A stretch of DNA of 13,594 nucleotides from Promethearchaeota archaeon (GTDB lineage Archaea > Asgardarchaeota > Lokiarchaeia > Sigyniarchaeales > SOKP01): assembly GCA_016839705.1 (NCBI GenBank), contig JAEOTR010000031.1:1-13594 (forward strand), written 5' to 3'. The notes beneath the pieces are model-generated. The model ran no database searches and had not been told where the DNA came from. It saw nothing but the letters and a program-made list of their open reading frames with translations. This document shows, piece by piece, positions 1 through 6,567 of the stretch. Within the stretch, counting starts at the first letter, position 1; each line of letters opens with the position of its first letter. Both the position numbers and the translations under genes were made by a program.

Positions 1-1077
1 GATCCTGTAAATATGGCAGGTTTTGTTGCATCTAATTATCTCAGAAATGATATGCCAATTATTCATTGGCATGATTTCACTAATATCACGAATAATGGGA
101 GTATTTTATTAGATGTTCGGACTAAAGAAGAGTATTCTGCAAGAGCTATTGATGGCTCAATAAACATACCAATTGAGGAACTTAGAGAAAGATTGAATGA
201 AATCTCTAATGATTCACCAATTTATGTCTATTGCGAAGTAGGCTATAGAAGCTACTTGGCATTAAGAATTTTATTGCAAAGTGGATTTAAAGAAGTGTAT
301 GAATTAACTGGCGGCTTCAAAATTTATGAGATGGCAAATGCGACTACTGAAGAAATAATGGCTGCATGTGGTGGATCTGAGAACGTCATTGAAGAATTTG
401 TACATGAAAAAGCTACTGAAATTGAAGATTACATAAAAGTGGACGCTTGTGGACTTTCATGTCCTGGTCCTTTAAATGTTTTAATTAAAGGACTTGAAAC
501 ATTACCTGAAGATAAGAAATTAAAAGTCTATGCTACGGACCCTGGATTTAAATCAAGTGTTGAGGCATATTCGAAATTAAATGAAGCTGTGAATTTACTC
601 CATCTTGGAAAAGAAAAGGGGATGTTAGTTGCTACTTTAGAAAAAGTACAACCTATTGAAATAATGCCGCCTCCTAAAAAGAAAACAAGAAAAGAACTAA
701 GACCCCCAGATTCCCCTCCGGTTTCAGATATCAGTGCTGATGGACTTTTTGAACGAATTGGAACAGAAGACGAACCAGCTCTTATGATTGATGTTCGATC
801 ACCTCAAGAATATCATAGTCCTCATGGTCATATCAAAAATACTATATTAATTCCTCTAGGAGAGCTGTTAAATAATCCAGATGTTATTGCAGATTATAAG
901 GATGAAGAAATTATCTCAATTTGCCACTCTGGGTCTCGCTCTATGATGGCTGCTCAAATTCTAGCACAAGCTGGATTTAAAGATATCCGGAATTTGACAG
1001 GTGGAATGATGATGTGGCATAGAAAAGGTTATCCCGTAGAATTAGAAGAAATTAGAATGACTGATACTTATTATTAA
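1..1077 (+). CDS. 3' part of CoA-disulfide/persulfide reductase-type flavoprotein with C-terminal rhodanese - TusA/SirA-like - rhodanese domains (5' end outside window)
   Basis: The frame is open from base 1 and reads DPVNMAGFVASN, the typical end of the CoA-disulfide reductase dimerisation domain, so the ATG at 13 is internal. It continues with rhodanese 1 (LLDVRT...YCEVGYRS), a TusA-like motif (VDACGLSCPGP) and rhodanese 2 (MIDVRS...GHI...ICHSGSRS...GGMMMW). Confidence 0.85.
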   Translation, partial: DPVNMAGFVASNYLRNDMPIIHWHDFTNITNNGSILLDVRTKEEYSARAIDGSINIPIEELRERLNEISNDSPIYVYCEVGYRSYLALRILLQSGFKEVYELTGGFKIYEMANATTEEIMAACGGSENVIEEFVHEKATEIEDYIKVDACGLSCPGPLNVLIKGLETLPEDKKLKVYATDPGFKSSVEAYSKLNEAVNLLHLGKEKGMLVATLEKVQPIEIMPPPKKKTRKELRPPDSPPVSDISADGLFERIGTEDEPALMIDVRSPQEYHSPHGHIKNTILIPLGELLNNPDVIADYKDEEIISICHSGSRSMMAAQILAQAGFKDIRNLTGGMMMWHRKGYPVELEEIRMTDTYY

Positions 1078-1099
1078 TCCCTCTTTTTTCATTGGCAAA

Positions 1100-2050
1100 T
1101 TAAACAGGAAAAATTCTCATATTTTTCTTTAACATCCGTTTTCCAGCTTCGATCATACCCATACGATCATGATCAATACCAAATTCTAAGTATTCAATAC
1201 AGGTTCTACAATAGAGAAATTTCATCCGAGATAATAAAGAAGGATCATCAAAATACTCATATTTTAAAAGGAGTGTGTTTAGAAATTCAGGACCTTCATC
1301 GAAGAATTGGAGGTCGTATGCAGGATCATATATAGAACATTCCTCAAAATCAATGATGCCTGTGATTTCTGGTATATTGGTATCAGAATTAACTAGAATG
1401 TTTGAAGTATCGAAATCTCCGTGGATGAGATTTGGTGAGAAATGAAAATTTTTTTCATTCGAAAGGAAATCATCAAAAACTCTTTCTAACCATTCTTTTT
1501 CAAAGGGTTTTATTTCTGAGAAAACTATTTTCCTCAATCTCTCTAGTCTTTTTATCCAGTAGTGCTTGTACGAATCTCCTCTCAATGGTTCCCGTATTTG
1601 AAATAATTCAGTAAACCTTTTACAAATCGATTTTGAATGTAAAACATTTAGAAAAGATGCTACTTGTTCAGCTATTTTCCGTCTATAAGATTTGTCAGTC
1701 TTAGAAAATATACTCAAAAGGGATACACCGGGAATCTTTTCATATCCGATGAATGGAAAATCCTCAGTTAGAGAAATGAATAAAGGCTGTGGAATGGGTA
1801 TTGAAATATGATTTTTTAGAAAATTCAATATGCTAGATTCCTTTTGGATTAAATCAACGCCTTTTTCATTTCTGAATAATCGATCTGGAATTCTAAATAT
1901 GTATTTCATTTTAACTTCAAAAACATTATGGGTTCCATGATACAGGAATTTAATTTGATTTTTTGATATGTTCGGAAAAAATTTTGAAAATTCTTTAATC
2001 ACTTGATTTATATCCACATCACTCGGATTTGATTCCTCATAACCGATCAT
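1100..2050 (-). CDS. Aminoglycoside phosphotransferase / choline kinase (APH) family protein
   Basis: 316-aa ORF with YIFRIP, Brenner motif LIHGDFDTSNILV, metal-binding GIIDFEE and DPAYDL. Substrate unknown. Confidence 0.85.
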   Translation of the reverse strand: MIGYEESNPSDVDINQVIKEFSKFFPNISKNQIKFLYHGTHNVFEVKMKYIFRIPDRLFRNEKGVDLIQKESSILNFLKNHISIPIPQPLFISLTEDFPFIGYEKIPGVSLLSIFSKTDKSYRRKIAEQVASFLNVLHSKSICKRFTELFQIREPLRGDSYKHYWIKRLERLRKIVFSEIKPFEKEWLERVFDDFLSNEKNFHFSPNLIHGDFDTSNILVNSDTNIPEITGIIDFEECSIYDPAYDLQFFDEGPEFLNTLLLKYEYFDDPSLLSRMKFLYCRTCIEYLEFGIDHDRMGMIEAGKRMLKKNMRIFPV

Positions 2051-2205
2051 ATTATGAAGGCAAAATTAGAATAGTTTATTATAACTTTTATTGTATACAT
2101 ATCAAATATGCTTTTTCTTTAAATTATAATTAAAAAAGTTAAAATAAAGGTGAAATAATTTAAATCCAGATATATTCATATAATACGAATTTCCAATTTA
2201 AATAT

Positions 2206-2211
2206 GGAGGT
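2206..2211 (+). promoter_or_regulatory. Shine-Dalgarno sequence of rubrerythrin
   Basis: GGAGGT 8 nt upstream of the ATG at 2220. Confidence 0.7.
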
Positions 2212-2219
2212 AAAAAACT

Positions 2220-2810
2220 ATGAAAGAAACAGCAAAAAAATTATATACTGCATATGTTGGCGAATCACAAGCTAGAAACCGTTATAATTATTTCTCCAAA
2301 GTAGCAAAAAAGGAGGGATATGTATTAGTTTCAAAGATTTTTGACGAAACATCAGATCAAGAAAAGGAACATGGTAGTTGGTTCTATAAAATGCTCCAAC
2401 AGTTCAAGAAAGAAGAAAAGTTTGATGAAATGAAAGTGTTACCAGATGCTGATTTCCCAACAACCCTAGGAACTACAATTGAAAATTTGGAATCAGCAAT
2501 AGCCGGTGAAAATATGGAATGGCAAACCCTTTATCCTGATATTGTTAAGACCGCTGAAAAAGAAGGTTATCCTGAGATCGTTAAAAGAGTAAAGGCTATT
2601 ATAATAGCTGAAAAACATCACTCTGAGAGATATGGGAAACTTCTTAAATTAGTCGGTGATGATGCTTTCTTTAAACGAGGTAAAAAAATAGTATGGGTTT
2701 GTATGGAATGCGGGTACGAAGTAGAAATGGATGAATTACCAAAAGACTTCAAATGTCCATCTTGTGATCATCCACGGTCATACTATAGAAAGAAATGTGA
2801 AGATTTCTAA
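2220..2810 (+). CDS. rbr: Rubrerythrin (diiron four-helix bundle + C-terminal rubredoxin-like domain)
   Basis: GESQARNRY, EKEH, GENME and EKHH diiron motifs, plus C-terminal CMECG...CPSCDHP. Confidence 0.95.
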   Translation: MKETAKKLYTAYVGESQARNRYNYFSKVAKKEGYVLVSKIFDETSDQEKEHGSWFYKMLQQFKKEEKFDEMKVLPDADFPTTLGTTIENLESAIAGENMEWQTLYPDIVKTAEKEGYPEIVKRVKAIIIAEKHHSERYGKLLKLVGDDAFFKRGKKIVWVCMECGYEVEMDELPKDFKCPSCDHPRSYYRKKCEDF

Positions 2811-2822
2811 AAAAAATAAATG

Positions 2823-2857
2823 AATTTTTAATTTAAAAGCAAAATTTTTAAAAATTA
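2823..2857 (+). promoter_or_regulatory. Conserved promoter/operator element upstream of dfx copy 1 (BRE/TATA-like, palindrome AATTTTTAAAAATT at 2843-2856)
   Basis: 34/35 identical to 8528-8562 and at nearly the same distance from the dfx start, while the surrounding spacer has diverged. Confidence 0.7.
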
Positions 2858-2902
2858 GATTATCTGAATAAAATCAAAAATAGAATAGTTTTGTGAAGAA
2901 AA

Positions 2903-3289
2903 ATGGAACAGAAACAAATTTTTAGATGTTCGATATGCGGTAAAGTAATAGAAATATTAAACCCTGGTGTCCCTGAAACGATCTGTTGCGGTGAACCCAT
3001 GAAATTAATGGAGGAGCAAACTGCCGAATGGGAGAAAGAGAAGCATGTTCCAAAAATCACGGTTGATGGCAACAAGGTCACCGTTGACATTGGAATCTCA
3101 ATGCGAACTCCTCATCCGATGACTGACGAGCACTATATAATGTGGATTGAAATAATTTGTAAAGATGGCTGCTATGAAAGAAGATTCTTGAAGCCTGGTA
3201 TGGAGCCAAAAGCCATCTTCACCGTAGCTAACCCAGAGGGGCTCTGGGCGAGGGAGTACTGCAATCTCCACTTCCTCTGGCGTTCTTAA
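2903..3289 (+). CDS. dfx: Desulfoferrodoxin (2Fe superoxide reductase), copy 1
   Basis: Desulforedoxin domain CSICG...ICCG and SOR centre II motifs EKHVP, HPMTDEHYIMWIE, REYCNLH. Confidence 0.95.
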   Translation: MEQKQIFRCSICGKVIEILNPGVPETICCGEPMKLMEEQTAEWEKEKHVPKITVDGNKVTVDIGISMRTPHPMTDEHYIMWIEIICKDGCYERRFLKPGMEPKAIFTVANPEGLWAREYCNLHFLWRS

Positions 3290-3297
3290 AGTTCAAC

Positions 3298-3307
3298 TTT
3301 TTTTTTT
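3298..3307 (+). terminator. Archaeal-type oligo-T terminator after dfx copy 1
   Basis: T10 tract 8 nt after the stop codon. Confidence 0.55.
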
Positions 3308-3324
3308 AATTTTATTGAATTCTT

Positions 3325-3373
3325 TATAAAATATGATTCCTAGTAAGGTTATCTCCCTCAGGTTTATATTTTT
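3325..3373. repeat. 49-bp imperfect direct repeat, copy A (hairpin-forming)
   Basis: TATAAAATATGATTCCTAGTAAGGTTATCTCCCTCAGGTTTATATTTTT, 41/49 identical without gaps to 8219-8267. Confidence 0.75.
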
Positions 3374-3405
3374 CTTCGACTAAAACATAAATATCTTCAT
3401 CAGAA

Positions 3406-3879
3406 ATGATAGCTAGAAATTTTGTAAAAGAACTGGAAAATTATGAAGTAACTTTAATACGTAGTAATTTAGGATTAATTGAACCAGAAAAACAGGAACT
3501 TATCCCCGTTATGTTAGTAAGACTTCCACTAGAGCAAAAACAGGGTTTTTTAGGAAGTCTTCACGATCCTCAAAATAAGAGAAAGAAGAATGAATTAATC
3601 AATAAACTCATGAAATTGGAGACTTCAAGAATAACCGACGATATTATTTAAGAGAGCATGACAATTGAAGACGCAAGTGAATTCTGGCTCCGATTAAATA
3701 AAAAAACAAGATAGTTGGATACGGTAGAAAAACTCTATGTTCTTTTAAAGTCTATACCATTAGTGTCTGAAGTTGAGAAGAAGAGAGAGATTATAGAATA
3801 TCTCATTGAATATGAATTTTCATTAAGGAGATCAAATCTAATTAGAGAGTTGAGAAATCTTGATTTTCAAAAATATTAA
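3406..3879 (+). pseudogene. Helical hypothetical protein interrupted by two in-frame stops (TAA 3649-3651, TAG 3712-3714)
   Basis: The same frame continues with protein-like composition: ...TDDII*ESMTIEDASEFWLRLNKKTR*LDTVEKLYVLLKSIPLVSEVEKKREIIEYLIEYEFSLRRSNLIRELRNLDFQKY*. Confidence 0.6.
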
Positions 3880-4214
3880 AAAGAGAATTTGCAAAAATAG
3901 ATATTAATTATGTGCATAAACCAGAATTAGGGATTATTTATCAAATTAGATCTTCTTACATAGAAGGTTATATTGATAAAGAAGCTTTCCGAGGTTGGCA
4001 TGATTGGCATTTGAAAGAAGTTGATTTCGATTTATATGAGTTTGTAAAATTTATTAAAAATAGTGGGAGATGTTGTCTCATTTGTATGGAAGAATATGCA
4101 AAACCCAAAAAAACTCAAAAGTATTTTTGCCATAGAGATTTTTTAACCGATATAATATTAAACAACGATTCTGAGGATTTTTTACTTCGATTCTCTAAAA
4201 GAAAGGATCTATAA
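3864..4214 (+). pseudogene. 5'-truncated DUF488-like protein
   Basis: Reads FSKILKREFAKIDINYVHKPELG...CCLICMEE...FCHRDFL, matching the YxHxPELG / LxCxE / CHR pattern of DUF488. The N-terminal TIGY/DVR half is absent, and an in-frame TGA lies at 3861-3863. Confidence 0.65.
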
Positions 4215-4374
4215 AGTAGATTTATACTATGGTCTTCTTTTATGAAGAACTCTTACCAGTTTAAGATTTCTTTTCCAAAACATTCGCTTTCCGTTTTATT
4301 CCTTGAGTAATCGTAACTTAACTGTTAGGAGTAAATTTTTTTGTTTTTGAGGTTACTAAGATTAAATAATAAAA

Positions 4375-5307
4375 TTATGGAAAGAAAGGAATTGGTAAAA
4401 TCGAGCTAAATATGATCGATAAGATATAAATCAATAAACTAGCGTGATAACGGGGTAATAATTTAAGAGCTGTGTCAGATGTTTGATTTTTAATAAGGGT
4501 TATGTTTGCGGTTATTAATATAATAAACGAAAGGCTAAACCCAATCAAGGCAATCATTCCAAGTTTAAATACCACCAGTAAGAACGCAAATCCTATGTTT
4601 ATAAGAGTAAAATATGCAATCCATTTGACATTCCCCTTAATACCGTATAAAATTGTGATTGTTTTCAGATTCTTCGCTTTATCATTCTCATAATCCCCCA
4701 AATCATTTATTCCTAAATGGGCTTGTGCCCAAGGATAAAGAAAGAGCATGAGAAAGGCGATTGTTATTGAAAAGTGTCCATAACATAGATATCCAGCTAC
4801 AAGAAACACTGTCAAATCCGTTCTTCCTATTAATTGAGCAAATGGAAACTTTTGGTTTACTTTTTTCTTGTTATAAAATGTCTCGGCGGAATATGCATAG
4901 ATCATAATTATGTATAAATACAAGTTATTAGGAAATGGTAGAGTGGCGATTAAACCGAGAGTTATTCCAATAAAAATTATGAAAATAATTAAAGCTTCTT
5001 GAATAGAAACCGCTCCCGAAGTTAATGGTCTCTCTTTAAACGGCCTCCAATATCTGGTATATTCATTCTCATTTACTAATTTATCCACTTTTCTATCGAT
5101 AATATCATTAAGCACCATTCCTGCCTCAAATCCAAATAATCCGATAAAAAATACCGTTATTAATAAGGGTAAAGAAAAATAGTTGTTTTCTCGAAAGGCT
5201 ATCAATAAACCGGAAATGAAAAGTAGTGGCCACACTATAGCAAAATGTGCTCGAGTTAAGTCTAAATATGCTTTTAGCTTGGTTTTAAATGTCATAATTT
5301 TTAACAT
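4375..5307 (-). CDS. UbiA-family prenyltransferase (DGGGP synthase-like or quinone-pathway)
   Basis: Multi-TM protein with Asp-rich motifs NDIIDRKVD and NDLGDYENDKAKNLKT, plus ERPLTSGAVS. The start could also be the Met four codons downstream. Confidence 0.9.
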   Translation of the reverse strand: MLKIMTFKTKLKAYLDLTRAHFAIVWPLLFISGLLIAFRENNYFSLPLLITVFFIGLFGFEAGMVLNDIIDRKVDKLVNENEYTRYWRPFKERPLTSGAVSIQEALIIFIIFIGITLGLIATLPFPNNLYLYIIMIYAYSAETFYNKKKVNQKFPFAQLIGRTDLTVFLVAGYLCYGHFSITIAFLMLFLYPWAQAHLGINDLGDYENDKAKNLKTITILYGIKGNVKWIAYFTLINIGFAFLLVVFKLGMIALIGFSLSFIILITANITLIKNQTSDTALKLLPRYHASLLIYILSIIFSSILPIPFFP

Positions 5308-5325
5308 CCTTTTTTCTAATTATCT

Positions 5326-5817
5326 TCATAAGGTTTTATATCCTTTTACTAAGCTTATTCCGAAATCTTTGCATTTTGGAGGGTCTTCATTTGCTATAGG
5401 CCCTTTCATACCATCTACTTTTATGGATAGTGGTTGACTTAATTTTGTTAAAGTCGGAATTTTTTCACTAATCTGTCTCTCAATTTTATCCAACATATTT
5501 GTATAAGAAAATATTCCCTCTTCAGCCGTTTCAGAATCACCTTCCATATAAGTATCAAATACAGCATAGGACTTTGCTTTTAATTGAGATTTTGGAAGTT
5601 TATTGATAAATTTCTTTATCGAGCCTACATGCTTTCCAAAATGAATCGGAGATCCTATTAAAAGTAAGTCATAGGAATCATCTTTTTTAAGATTTACGTC
5701 TTTTACATTATTCACTATTACTTCATTACCCTCAATAGAACTGATTCCTTCAGCAATTAAATTGGCTACTTTTTCAGTATTTCCATATTTTGTATAATAA
5801 ACTATTAAAACTTTCAC
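5326..5817 (-). CDS. Flavodoxin-family protein
   Basis: FMN-binding loop YYTKYGNTEKVA, IGSPIHFG and AVFDT. GTG start preceded by AGGGG. Ends 18 nt before the UbiA gene. Confidence 0.9.
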   Translation of the reverse strand: MKVLIVYYTKYGNTEKVANLIAEGISSIEGNEVIVNNVKDVNLKKDDSYDLLLIGSPIHFGKHVGSIKKFINKLPKSQLKAKSYAVFDTYMEGDSETAEEGIFSYTNMLDKIERQISEKIPTLTKLSQPLSIKVDGMKGPIANEDPPKCKDFGISLVKGYKTL

Positions 5818-5945
5818 TATAAACCCCTTTTTATATATTTTTTTAATTCCCTTTTTTGAATTATATTTTATGTGTTTAGTCTAGACTTCTAATAATTTAT
5901 CTTTACATATAAATTTTCTGTAATTTTTTTAATAAATTCTAATAT

Positions 5946-5964
5946 TGTTGGAGATTTTCCAACA
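5946..5964. promoter_or_regulatory. Palindromic operator candidate TGTTGGA-GATTT-TCCAACA
   Basis: Perfect 7-bp inverted arms with an AT-rich centre in the divergent flavodoxin/Lrp intergenic region. Confidence 0.6.
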
Positions 5965-5991
5965 TAACCCTAAAAAGAATAATTAATCTCC

Positions 5992-6005
5992 AAAAGATTT
6001 AAATT
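5992..6005 (+). promoter_or_regulatory. BRE/TATA-like promoter of the Lrp gene (probably leaderless transcript)
   Basis: A-rich run followed by TTTAAA (5998-6003) about 24 nt before the ATG at 6027, with no SD sequence. Confidence 0.45.
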
Positions 6006-6026
6006 CTTTAAAAATAAGATTAAGTC

Positions 6027-6518
6027 ATGGATGAATTAGACGAACAGATACTTAGTAAATTAAAGCAAGACGCAAAATTGTCTTATAAAAAAATTGCTAA
6101 AATGCTAAAGATTCCTCCGAGTACTATTCATTTCAGGATCAAAAGGATGATAGAAGAAAAAATAATTGAAAGATTCAGCGCTATAGTAGATGTTGGAAAA
6201 TTAGGTTATGAAACAGTAGGGTGGATTGGCTTGACAATTGATCCTTTAAAGACAGATGAAATAGCAAAAAAAGTAGCTTCTTTTGAAGAAGTAAGAATGG
6301 TTTCTATTACGGGAGGTGCTCACAATCTCGTAGCTCAGATTTTAACTAAGAATGAAAAAGATCTTTGGAATTTTATTCGAGAAAATATTCAAACTATTGA
6401 TGGGGTACAAGGTCTTGATGTCAGTTCTTCCTTAAAAATTTTTAAATGGGATACCTATTATTTTTTTAATATTCCGGAAGAAAAAGACATTGTAGTGCTG
6501 GACGGCATAAAAAAGTAA
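6027..6518 (+). CDS. Lrp/AsnC family transcriptional regulator
   Basis: MDELDEQILSKLKQDAKLSYKKIAKMLKIPPSTIHFRIKRM HTH, then VDVGKLGY and a RAM domain (ITGGAHNL). Confidence 0.93.
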   Translation: MDELDEQILSKLKQDAKLSYKKIAKMLKIPPSTIHFRIKRMIEEKIIERFSAIVDVGKLGYETVGWIGLTIDPLKTDEIAKKVASFEEVRMVSITGGAHNLVAQILTKNEKDLWNFIRENIQTIDGVQGLDVSSSLKIFKWDTYYFFNIPEEKDIVVLDGIKK

Positions 6519-6567
6519 ATACACCCGAGTTAAGTACGAAAGAAGCAAAAAGAGTAATTGATGAAAG

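Noticed and set aside
13-15. ATG at 13 as the start of the first gene
   Set aside because: The frame is open to the window edge and DPVNMAG is an internal conserved motif, so the gene starts upstream.
667-693. PPPKKKTRK resembles an SV40-type nuclear localisation signal
   Set aside because: It is a short basic/proline linker between domains of a metabolic enzyme in an AT-rich, Lys-rich genome and is most likely coincidental.
1432-1614. 60-aa + strand ORF
   Set aside because: Antisense to the APH gene, with no motifs.
2122-2131. AATTATAATT palindrome resembling part of a PerR/Fur box upstream of rbr
   Set aside because: Only 10 bp of pure A/T in a very AT-rich spacer, which is expected by chance.
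2860-3090. 76-aa minus-strand ORF
   Set aside because: Antisense shadow of dfx copy 1.
3333-3373. Repeat copy A as a eukaryote-like SECIS (contains ATGA, lies in the dfx 3' region)
   Set aside because: There is no matching GA on the 3' arm, copy B lacks ATGA, and dfx has no in-frame TGA.
4502-5437. ORFs 4502-4693 and 5183-5437 (+)
   Set aside because: Antisense to the UbiA and flavodoxin genes.
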